Assembly: GCA_048938445.1 (NCBI GenBank) | Contig: JBHLME010000109.1 | Coordinates: 1-15,547 of the forward strand | Source of the DNA: Promethearchaeota archaeon | Lineage (GTDB): Archaea > Asgardarchaeota > Lokiarchaeia > Sigyniarchaeales > SOKP01 | Length of the DNA: 15,547 nucleotides | Reading direction: 5' to 3' | Shown here: piece after piece, positions 7,140 to 15,547 of the stretch | Numbering within the stretch: the first letter of the stretch is position 1 | Layout of the letters: each line of letters begins with the position of its first letter | Notes under the pieces: generated by a model | What the model saw: the letters and a program-made list of their open reading frames with translations, nothing else | What the model was told of the DNA's origin: nothing | The model's database searches: none | Program-made: the position numbers and the translations under genes

Positions 7140-10100
7140 TCATCCATATTTTTTATTTTTAAACAAGCGTATAGTAAAAATACTTCCTTTATGTCTTCCC
7201 TTTGATTCAACTAGTATATCACCATTATGTAGTTGAACGATTTCTCTTGAAATATATAATCCCAGACCACTACCCTCGGTTATAATGTCTAAATCCTCAT
7301 CAAACCGTTCAATTTTTCCAAATCTTGTAAATAGTTTTTCTCTTTCCTTTTTTGTTATTCCTACACCCGTATCACTCACAATAATATCGATATAGTCGTC
7401 ATCTTCTTTCAGCTTTATAAAAATAGCACCCATTTTAGGCGTATTTTTAATGGCATTTGATAGTAAATTTGAAATTGCTTGACTAATCCAAATTTCATCT
7501 ATTTTTATATGTAATTCTTCGGGAATCTCTTTTTTTAAAAGAATTCCTCTCTCTTTCATGAAAATTTGAAAACTATCAATTGAATCATTAATTACTTTTA
7601 CTAAATCTTGATTTCGAAAATTTAATTTTAAACCACTGGATTCTAACCTCAAGCTATTAATCAGATTATCACTCAATAGTTTTAATCTTTTACCCCCTTT
7701 GTGAATAGTGGAGATCAAATTAAAAATTTTTGGGCTTAAATCTTCTCTATAATTCTCTATTAAGTGTTGGGATGTGCTAAAAATTGATATTAAAGGTGTT
7801 TTCAATTCATGTGAAATTCTTCTAACGAGATCGTTTCTGATTTGGTCAATTTCTCTAAGTCGTTCTATCTCTTGTTTAATTAGTTTTTCAGCTCGTTTAT
7901 TTTCAGTTATATCAAAAATAATTACTTGTACTAAGAATTCTGAACCTAATTTTACCAAATTGAGTTGAGAAAGTATCCAAGCTGAAGTACCATCTTTTTT
8001 ATATATTTGAAATTCATCAGGCTCAACATTTTCCCCCTTGGCTACTCTCTTGAACCGATTTGAAACTTTAGGTAAAATCTCTTTAGGATAGTGTGCTAAA
8101 TCCTTAAAATTCTTATTTAGTAGATCTTGCTTTGTATAACCAAATATTTTTTCTGTAGCTGGATTACAATCATTTATATTTCCATTTAATGATATTAGAG
8201 CAATAGCATATGGAGCAGTTTCAAATAATTGCTTGTATTTTTGTTCAGATTGCTTCAATTTAGTGTCAGCTAACTTTTGTTTGGTCGTATCGGAAACAAT
8301 CATGCCTAATCCCTCACCGACCTTAAATGTTTTAACTGATAAATAACGTCTTCCTACTTTTGGATCTTTATAATTATGCTCTAAGATTATAGGTTCTCCA
8401 GAATTTAATGTGTTAAGAAAATCTTTTAATATATCTGAACCTTTTAAATTTGGAACGATATCTATAATATTATGCCCGATTATAGATTCTTTAATCGTAC
8501 CATTAGGAAAATAATCTTTGATACCAATATCTGATACATCAACGAGATTAAGATTAGAATCCCATATGAAAAAAGCATCTGTTGCAGAATTCATGAAAGA
8601 TCTTAATTTTTCTTCAGATTCCTTTAAGATTACCTCGGCTTTCTTTCGAAATGATACATCTCTCGCTATTAATATTATTTTTAATTCATCCTTGTCATTG
8701 TAGAAGACATTACCTTTTATGTCTAACCATATATAATGACCATTTTTATGTTTAATTCGTGCTTCAATAGCGCCTTCACCACTTATTATCCCACGATTTA
8801 ATACTTTCATTGTCTTGTCTGCATCTTCTGGATGTAATATCTCAAGTGTTGATTTTCCCATTACTTCATCAATCTTATAACCCATGATACGATAACATGG
8901 TTCTTCATTAACATATTCTAATCTAAACTTATCGTCGAGGATTCCAATAATATCATTTGCATTTTCTGTAATTAGTCGATATTTCTTTTCAGATTCTTTT
9001 AATTTTTTTGTTGCTTCTTTCTGCATGGTAATATCTCTTGCATAGATGAGAATTTTTTTTTTATTATCCACATCAATAAATGTATTTCCTTTGAGATGGA
9101 ACCATATAGGTGTTCCATTACTATGTATTAGTTTAGTTTCCAAAGAACCCTCACCTTCTTCAAAGATTTTTAAAAAAGCATTCTGAGTTTTTTCACGACT
9201 ATGAGGATGAATGAAATCTATTGGAGCAAGGTTTTTAATATCTTCTCGTGAATACCCCAATACCTTCTCATGAACAGTTTCATTAATGTATTCAATCTCA
9301 TAATCTTGATTAAAAACAACAATTAAGTCATTTGCATTTTCCGTCATGCGCCTATATTTTTCTTCTGAAATTTTTAATTTTTCATCAGCTTTTACTTGCT
9401 CTGTTATATCATAAATTATACCTTGAATGACCTGTTTTTTTTCTATTCCACTACTAACAGACCTTACAAGATCTCTAATCCATTTTATTTCTCCATCCTT
9501 TTTACGAATGCGATATTTTATATCAGTTATATATCCATCGATTTCATTTAATTTTCTTCCTTCTTCCTTTTTAATTGCTGAATCTTCGGGAATAATGAGA
9601 TCTTCCCAAGTAATATTACCTTGATAAAAATCCTCTTCTAAATATCCAGTGATTTCTTGAACATTACCACGGAAAAAAAACGGATTTGATGATATACTTT
9701 CTGCTTGATACGCAATTCCTTGAAAATCATTTATAAATGAATGATATTTTTCTTCGGTTTCCTTAAATTTAAGTTCAACTTCTTTTTTTTCAGAGATATC
9801 TCTCAAGGTTGATATAAAACCGATTATATTTCCATGTTCATCGTAATAATTCTTCGAGATACTTGAAACCCAGACATAATGTCCTTCTTTATGCAGAATT
9901 CTATATTCTATTGGATTACTGGTTAGAGTTTCTTTTTTTATAACAGCTTCGGAAAAGAGCTTCAATAATTTTTCGCGCTCCTCTGGATGGAGTCTACTAA
10001 ACTTTAATCGTTTTTCACTACCTTCCTTTTCTCCAATAATATCATAATATTGAGGTGATGCATAAATAAAATCACCATCAAAAGCGGTTATAATTATAGC

Positions 10101-10694
10101 ATCTTTCATATTTTCAATGATATTTCGATATTTCTTTTCCGATATTTTTAATTTCTCTAAAACATGATGTTTTTCAAGAACATTACTGATAATATCAGAA
10201 GAAATTTGAAGAATAAGCAAGTCTTCTTTACTCCACTCATGATTTTCCTCTTTACTACAAAGTAATAATGACCCTGCTATTTTTTCTTCAATTTTTAACC
10301 TAAAAGCAACTATGGATTGAATCTGAATGTTTATAAAGAACTTCTTGGTATTTTCACCCTGTAGTATACTTTTAATATCACTCATTTGAACTGGTTTGTC
10401 CTTTCTAAGTTCTTGACAGAACCAAGAGATTTCTTTTGGTGTAATGAGTATTTTCTTATTTGAGGAATGACTTGTTTTTGACCACTCATTTATTAAAGTA
10501 AGAATTCCATTATCTTCATCAAAAAGAAATACACAAACATTATCTATTTTACATAAATTACCTACTTCCATGATTGCTAAATTAATAGCATTTTCAATAC
10601 TTATTGCTTCAATAAAATGACCTGAAATTTTTAAAACAGTATCTTCAATATTAAATCTACTATTTAGCTTATCTAAGTTTTTACTTACCTTCAT
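7140..10694 (-). CDS. Soluble sensor histidine kinase, GAF-6xPAS-HisKA-HATPase_c
   Basis: N-terminal GAF-like region ending EWSKEDLLILQISSDIIS. Six PAS/PAC units each begin SEEKYR-like and end RDISE, YDITE, RDITM, RDVSF, SDTTK and FDITE. H box SHELKTPL, N box NLLSNAIK, G1 DTGVGI, F box LFTRF, G2 GSGLGL. No TM helix. Confidence 0.95.
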   Translation of the reverse strand: MKVSKNLDKLNSRFNIEDTVLKISGHFIEAISIENAINLAIMEVGNLCKIDNVCVFLFDEDNGILTLINEWSKTSHSSNKKILITPKEISWFCQELRKDKPVQMSDIKSILQGENTKKFFINIQIQSIVAFRLKIEEKIAGSLLLCSKEENHEWSKEDLLILQISSDIISNVLEKHHVLEKLKISEKKYRNIIENMKDAIIITAFDGDFIYASPQYYDIIGEKEGSEKRLKFSRLHPEEREKLLKLFSEAVIKKETLTSNPIEYRILHKEGHYVWVSSISKNYYDEHGNIIGFISTLRDISEKKEVELKFKETEEKYHSFINDFQGIAYQAESISSNPFFFRGNVQEITGYLEEDFYQGNITWEDLIIPEDSAIKKEEGRKLNEIDGYITDIKYRIRKKDGEIKWIRDLVRSVSSGIEKKQVIQGIIYDITEQVKADEKLKISEEKYRRMTENANDLIVVFNQDYEIEYINETVHEKVLGYSREDIKNLAPIDFIHPHSREKTQNAFLKIFEEGEGSLETKLIHSNGTPIWFHLKGNTFIDVDNKKKILIYARDITMQKEATKKLKESEKKYRLITENANDIIGILDDKFRLEYVNEEPCYRIMGYKIDEVMGKSTLEILHPEDADKTMKVLNRGIISGEGAIEARIKHKNGHYIWLDIKGNVFYNDKDELKIILIARDVSFRKKAEVILKESEEKLRSFMNSATDAFFIWDSNLNLVDVSDIGIKDYFPNGTIKESIIGHNIIDIVPNLKGSDILKDFLNTLNSGEPIILEHNYKDPKVGRRYLSVKTFKVGEGLGMIVSDTTKQKLADTKLKQSEQKYKQLFETAPYAIALISLNGNINDCNPATEKIFGYTKQDLLNKNFKDLAHYPKEILPKVSNRFKRVAKGENVEPDEFQIYKKDGTSAWILSQLNLVKLGSEFLVQVIIFDITENKRAEKLIKQEIERLREIDQIRNDLVRRISHELKTPLISIFSTSQHLIENYREDLSPKIFNLISTIHKGGKRLKLLSDNLINSLRLESSGLKLNFRNQDLVKVINDSIDSFQIFMKERGILLKKEIPEELHIKIDEIWISQAISNLLSNAIKNTPKMGAIFIKLKEDDDYIDIIVSDTGVGITKKEREKLFTRFGKIERFDEDLDIITEGSGLGLYISREIVQLHNGDILVESKGRHKGSIFTIRLFKNKKYG

Positions 10695-10781
10695 ATAATC
10701 TTCATTTTACGAAAAGCAAATTCTTGTATCAATTTCTCTAAACAGATATGAAATTAGTCTTTTATATTTTTTTGTTTTTCA

Positions 10782-12971
10782 TTACCAAGAAAGTCCTTTA
10801 AGAAAGCGTAAATTGTTTATAATTTCCTCCGATTCGTGAGCTGGAACTTCCATATAGGCATGAAACTCATTTTGCCAGAAAGCTTTCCCTGATGTCATTG
10901 AACGGATATCCTCTGCAAATTTAATTGAATTTCTGACAGGTAGGAGAATCTCTATTACTGCTTGATATTCATCTTCATGATCTATCTTTATAATCTTTGC
11001 CGAATTTTTTGATAGTAAGGAACGAGTAGTTTTAATATAATTGGGAGGTAATTGAATGAATGTTTTATATAATGGTTCTAACAAAATTAGCTCACCTTCC
11101 ATCAATCCTTCTTTAATTGCTCTATAAAACATCGTTGAAAGCTCTGTAAAGGCATTTTCTTCATTGAGGTTATCAATATTTAAATCTTTTATTATAATTT
11201 TTACTTCAGTTAAGGATTCACCGCATAAAGGCCCATTTAAGTGGATTTTATCAATTATTTCAAGAATCAGATTTTTATAAAATTCATTTAATTCATTTTT
11301 TCCTTGATATATAACAATATTTAAATCATCATCACATTTCCATAAATTTTCAATATTTTCAGCAGATAAACCTGTATTATCCTTTAAAATACTCTTTATA
11401 TCTTCGAATTCTTTTATAGATTCATAATCATGATACTGGAAATAGTTAATTGTCTTACGATCTAAATGTTCAACTTGAAGTTCTATGAAATTTTGTTTTT
11501 CCTCACTTTTGACAGAAATAATTGAAGATGATTGCCTTAAAGATTCTTTGAAGACAGCTCTGGGTTCAGAAATCGAAACATTGATGCCTCTTTTTTCTAT
11601 ATCATTAGCTGTAACTTCAAGATGTAGGGGGCCTGTTCCAGATAGTAAATATTCACCATTTTCTTCTTTGATTTCGAATTTTATATTTGGGTCTTCAATC
11701 AGAATATTTTCAATCAATTGTTTCATTCTTTCTAAGTCTCTTAAATATTCTGGTTCAATTGAAACTGTAACTACTGGAGTAGAAACATATTTTACACTTT
11801 CAAAGGGAATCATTTTATCTCTATATTCTTGTTCTATTATTGTATCTCCACTTTTTACTCCTTTTAAACCTTCAATTGCTACTATATTCCCAACTGGAAG
11901 AGAATCAACTTGTTCTCTCCTCTGTCCCATGAAAAGGGCTATTTTTTGAATAGTATCATTTTTTTTTTCATTTAAAAGGTATACTCCTCGTTTTTTGGAA
12001 CAACACCCTGAAAAAATTCTTCCCGTTGCTATAAGACGCTGTTTTTCTACTTGAACTTTACTTAAACAAACAATTAGTGGTCCATTTGGAGAACATTCTA
12101 ACATTGCATTTCCAACATCAGAAGTAATATTACCTGCCCAGATCTTCTTAATTCTATATTTTTGAGCCATTACTGGATCGGGTAGATGATCAACAACCAT
12201 TTCTAATATTGCTTCATGAATTGGAAAATATACTGCTAAATCTGAATATGATTCCTTCGTGTATGTCTCCTTTTTATATCTTGATCGAATATCTTTAAAT
12301 TTTAACGTATTTTTTTCTAAAATACTTAATGTAAATCCCCATTTATGAAGAGCACTTCCAAAAGCAACATTTCCATCTGCTGGTGAGACTTTCCATTTGT
12401 TATCAAAAGGTGGATCCGCATGTCTTTCTATTAATTTATTAAAATCATTTATTATTCTCGAATATTTTTTTCTAATCTGTTCATCAGTTAATTTTAATTC
12501 TCTAATAAGGCGATCAACTTTATTAATAAAAAGAATTGGACGCACTCCTTCTTGTAATGCTTGTTTTATGACAGTTTCAGATTGTGCGATGATTTCTTCT
12601 ACAGCATCTACAACAACAATAACACCATCAATTAATCTAAGCGCTCGAGTTACTTTTCCCGAAAAATCTAAATGTCCCGGTGTATCAACTAAATTAATTA
12701 AAAATGATTCATTTTCTTTTGAAGATTTTTCATAATAAAGGGAAATATTTGTAGACTTCATGGTAATTCCTCTCTTCTGCTCCTCTTCTAAATAATCTAA
12801 TGCTCGAGCTTCTCCTGCTAATTCAGGTGATAAAAGTCCTGCTTGACTTAGTAGTGAATCACTTAGCGTAGTTTTCCCATGATCTATATGACCAACAAGA
12901 CCAATATTCCTAATTTTCCGAGTATTTTTCATTAGGTCTAAAATTTCGGATATATCTTTTCGACGGGGCAT
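10782..12971 (-). CDS. Archaeal elongation factor 2 paralog (aEF-2p-like), lacking the diphthamide HRG motif
   Basis: G-domain motifs GHIDHGKTT, RGITM, DTPGHLDF, NKVDR and FGSALHKW, plus GPLCGE, LLEP and IRSMTSGKAFW. Length of 729 aa is typical of aEF-2. Domain IV reads DLNIDNLNEENAFTE where canonical aEF-2 has H-E-D-x-x-H-R-G. The gene is not in a ribosomal protein cluster. Confidence 0.9.
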   Translation of the reverse strand: MPRRKDISEILDLMKNTRKIRNIGLVGHIDHGKTTLSDSLLSQAGLLSPELAGEARALDYLEEEQKRGITMKSTNISLYYEKSSKENESFLINLVDTPGHLDFSGKVTRALRLIDGVIVVVDAVEEIIAQSETVIKQALQEGVRPILFINKVDRLIRELKLTDEQIRKKYSRIINDFNKLIERHADPPFDNKWKVSPADGNVAFGSALHKWGFTLSILEKNTLKFKDIRSRYKKETYTKESYSDLAVYFPIHEAILEMVVDHLPDPVMAQKYRIKKIWAGNITSDVGNAMLECSPNGPLIVCLSKVQVEKQRLIATGRIFSGCCSKKRGVYLLNEKKNDTIQKIALFMGQRREQVDSLPVGNIVAIEGLKGVKSGDTIIEQEYRDKMIPFESVKYVSTPVVTVSIEPEYLRDLERMKQLIENILIEDPNIKFEIKEENGEYLLSGTGPLHLEVTANDIEKRGINVSISEPRAVFKESLRQSSSIISVKSEEKQNFIELQVEHLDRKTINYFQYHDYESIKEFEDIKSILKDNTGLSAENIENLWKCDDDLNIVIYQGKNELNEFYKNLILEIIDKIHLNGPLCGESLTEVKIIIKDLNIDNLNEENAFTELSTMFYRAIKEGLMEGELILLEPLYKTFIQLPPNYIKTTRSLLSKNSAKIIKIDHEDEYQAVIEILLPVRNSIKFAEDIRSMTSGKAFWQNEFHAYMEVPAHESEEIINNLRFLKGLSW

Positions 12972-13238
12972 TTTTATTTTTTTTGGAAGAATATCTTCAT
13001 CTTATTTATGTATTTACAATTCTTTTTCTGATTAAAATTTTTATAAAAATAGGGGGAACATTTGTTCTTACAGAAATTTAACTCTAATATAAAATTCATA
13101 TTAATATACTATTTTAATAATTCATTCTTAGCATTTTTTAAATAAAGGGATTTTAACAAATAGTTAAAGCTAACTCCTTAAAACTATAAATTCTAAATTT
13201 TATCAATATACTTAAATTTGTATATCTCTTATTTAATT

Positions 13239-13325
13239 TGAGGATTCTCTCAAGGATTTATCTGACCCATCTGATGTATTAAATAACAAATGATGAAGAT
13301 CTTGAGTTAATAGAGGCAATCCTCA
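13239..13325 (+). ncRNA. Candidate K-turn (box C/D-motif) small RNA
   Basis: Terminal stem TGAGGATT/AATCCTCA, inner stem CTCAAG/CTTGAG, box D CTGA (13262 and 13271), box C ATGATGA (13290-13296). CTGA-TGT...ACA-AAT-GATGA fits K-turn geometry. TATA-like CTTAAAT at 13211-13217 and T tracts at 13332-13354. Confidence 0.55.
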
Positions 13326-13550
13326 CCCTACTTTACTTTTTCTCCCTATTTTTTAGAGATTAATCTTTAAATTGGTATTAATGAAAAGATTAGGAGAAAA
13401 ATATGAAAAAGATAGATTAAGATTAACTTTAAAGGAGAATTATTTAATTGAATCTCATAATAACGACTATTTTTCTCCTATTAAATTTAAATTTTTATTG
13501 GAATTTCTTATTTCAAATAAAATATACAAAATAAAAAAAAAAGAAATTTA

Positions 13551-15547
13551 TTAAAGATATTTTTCGTTCTTGTTATTTTCTTCATCCATGTTATCCGAAG
13601 GTTCAGGTGAATCGCTTTTACTATCAATTACAGCATCACTTGATGAATCTTTTCTATAAATTGCATCTGTGAGTTTATTAACACTTTTAGAACTACTTTT
13701 GGTTACTTTTCTTCTCTTAGAAACTACGCTACCTGTTATACTAACTGCTCCAATTCCAACTAAAAGACCTCCTATTCCAATACCCCCGATTTGAATAATG
13801 TTTCCTAAGGTTATTGAATCTGTTGGTAGGCCATATTGATGCTGGGCAAGATATGGCATTACATTTTGTTGAAAGTTCGGTATCCAATTAATAATGCATT
13901 GCATCGCGTGATCATCCAAGCCATTCGCAGATATGAGCTCAGCATAGGCATCGGTATCTTGGGCAACTGCAGCGAACCATTTAGCAAGCCCATTTGGATT
14001 AACCAAGGAATAATCACTCTCTGGATCCCATAATGCCAAGGCAGATTCCAAGGACATGCCCGTTGCTTCGGGAATGCCCACTTCAAATCCGACTCTCTCA
14101 CCACCAACCAAGGGAAGCGGAAAGCCCTCTTCATACATGGCATTTCCCATGACAGTACCATTTGCCCATTGTTCTAAGAGTAAATGGAAACAGAAATCTG
14201 CCATTGGTATTCCATATCCTAATTCGCTTTCGATGAGAATTGGAACTAAATAATCACTAAAACCTCCCGGAGCCCATAACCAATTGAGGATCTTGTCTAT
14301 TTGTTGAAGAGTAATCCCAAAATAGTCCATTAGATCTTGTTTGACAGAAGTATCATCTTTTGCTTTAACCCATGCAGGTATGCCAGTCATCATGTCAAGG
14401 AGAGACAATGGAATGCTTATATTCCATAAATCTTCACATTGATCTAAGGTTAAACCCGATGGTTCTGGAATTCCAACTTCAAGTCCAACCACGGGTCCAC
14501 CAAATCCACCGATAAGTTCATTGAAATCGATTCCCTCATCATATAATTCCATTCCCATTACAGTACCATTCGCCCATTGTTCAAATAATATGATTCTCGC
14601 GAGTTTTTCCATGGGAACGCCGTACCCATACGGTGGAGGTGCTTGTACCAGCTTGGGGAGCAGTTCGTCTGCGAACCTTCCAGGAGCCCATAGCCAGTTG
14701 AGAATGTCATCCAATTGATTTGGATTCAAGAATGTGAATTCATTCAATAAGGTCGTCTGGTCAGTTGATGATGAATTGGCACCAAGCCATACTAGAATTC
14801 CGTCAATATTGGTCAGTGCTAAATCATTAGTCTCATCCCACAACGCCTCGCATTCCTCGACGGTTAAACCTAAAGGATCTGGCAATCCCGCCTCGAAGCC
14901 CGTGGTGTCCGGATCGATTCCATCGATCAAGTCTCCAAAATCCATCCCCAAAGGATAGAGATCCAATCCTAATGCAGTGACGTTAGACCATTGCTCGTAC
15001 AAGATCTGGACCGCAAGCTCGTCAATTGGAACTCCGTATCCTAATTCGCTTTCTATGAGAATTGGGAGTAATTGGTCACTAAAACCACCAGGAGCCCATA
15101 ACCAATTAAGGAGCATGTCCATGTGGGTTTCATTCAAGCCATGCTCATCAAATTCATCTAAAAGCATCGCATATTCTGAAGAACTACTAGATTTATTTGC
15201 TTCATACCATTCTAAGATACCAGTCAAATTAAGGAGGGAATGTTCATTGTTTTTATCCCATAGAGCATAAGACGCATTTAAAGTAATCCCCGAGGCATCT
15301 GGTCGATTGATTTCTAATCCAAACGTGCCTTCAGGAATTTCTTCAACTACGGTGTGAAAATCAACACCATCTTCAAACATTTCACAATCGGCCCATTGTT
15401 CCAAGAAATACATGTATGCGATGTCTTTCGTGTCCATTCCAATGAAGGCGGGCATCATGGTGCTCAATGCGGATTCGGGATCGGCAAATTCATTGATTAA
15501 CAGGGGAATTGCCTTGGGAACCCAATATTCATAATAATAATCATACA
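13551..15547 (-). CDS. Large acidic repeat protein with C-terminal membrane anchor, probably a cell-surface glycoprotein (5'-truncated by the window)
   Basis: The frame stays open past the track start to the window edge (YDYYYEYWVPKAIPLLINEFADPESALSTMMP...). Four ~136-138 aa repeats (EQW...GxExxxP...LWD...GI..W...NWLWAPG). Many NxS/T sequons. A Gly-rich TM (GIGIGGLLVGIGAVSITG) is followed by KRRK and an acidic tail. Confidence 0.88.
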   Translation of the reverse strand, partial: YDYYYEYWVPKAIPLLINEFADPESALSTMMPAFIGMDTKDIAYMYFLEQWADCEMFEDGVDFHTVVEEIPEGTFGLEINRPDASGITLNASYALWDKNNEHSLLNLTGILEWYEANKSSSSSEYAMLLDEFDEHGLNETHMDMLLNWLWAPGGFSDQLLPILIESELGYGVPIDELAVQILYEQWSNVTALGLDLYPLGMDFGDLIDGIDPDTTGFEAGLPDPLGLTVEECEALWDETNDLALTNIDGILVWLGANSSSTDQTTLLNEFTFLNPNQLDDILNWLWAPGRFADELLPKLVQAPPPYGYGVPMEKLARIILFEQWANGTVMGMELYDEGIDFNELIGGFGGPVVGLEVGIPEPSGLTLDQCEDLWNISIPLSLLDMMTGIPAWVKAKDDTSVKQDLMDYFGITLQQIDKILNWLWAPGGFSDYLVPILIESELGYGIPMADFCFHLLLEQWANGTVMGNAMYEEGFPLPLVGGERVGFEVGIPEATGMSLESALALWDPESDYSLVNPNGLAKWFAAVAQDTDAYAELISANGLDDHAMQCIINWIPNFQQNVMPYLAQHQYGLPTDSITLGNIIQIGGIGIGGLLVGIGAVSITGSVVSKRRKVTKSSSKSVNKLTDAIYRKDSSSDAVIDSKSDSPEPSDNMDEENNKNEKYL
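13860..15410 (-). repeat. Intragenic ~411-nt tandem repeats
   Basis: The anchor ggagccca (WAP) occurs at 14269, 14683 and 15091, giving spacings of 414 and 408 nt. EQW occurs four times. Confidence 0.85.

Noticed and set aside
7774-12735. Plus-strand ORFs inside the kinase and EF-2 paralog genes
   Set aside because: Antisense shadows of well-supported genes.
13372-13554. 60-aa plus-strand ORF
   Set aside because: TTG start, extreme AT/Lys bias, runs through the A tracts that probably terminate the opposite gene, and has no motif. A small real gene is not fully excluded.
13836-15270. Short alternative ORFs within the repeat surface-protein gene
   Set aside because: Shadow frames that echo the host gene's repeats.
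15465-15467. TTG start proposed by the ORF track
   Set aside because: The frame is open to the window edge and no signal peptide follows, so the true start probably lies outside the window.
1-15547. CRISPR array, DGR or defence system
   Set aside because: All long repeats are in-frame protein repeats. I recognised no spacer array, reverse transcriptase, cas or nuclease genes.

Overview
AT-rich archaeal DNA, most likely an Asgard archaeon (Lokiarchaeia-like). This is inferred from a stand-alone archaeal-type EF-2 paralog lacking the diphthamide loop, a CCA-less tRNA-Gly with an A discriminator, a soluble multi-PAS histidine kinase and a divergent small GTPase. Contents left to right: the 3' end of a proline-rich gene with a WH2-like C-terminal helix (+); a membrane-anchored 6-repeat kelch-like propeller, nicotinamidase, a DUF998-like membrane protein and an MglA/CvnD-like small GTPase (all -); tRNA-Gly(CCC) (+); a 7TM protein with an in-frame 87-aa partner (-); an unusual RHH-HisKA-REC regulator (+) converging on a GAF-6xPAS histidine kinase (-); the EF-2 paralog (-); a candidate K-turn (box C/D-motif) ncRNA (+); and the 3' part of a large acidic repeat protein with a C-terminal membrane anchor (-). 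Best leads: the RHH-HisKA-REC/kinase phosphorelay, the GPCR-like 7TM plus partner module, the intergenic K-turn RNA and the polyproline/WH2-like tail. No database searches were run, so family calls rest on motif recognition.
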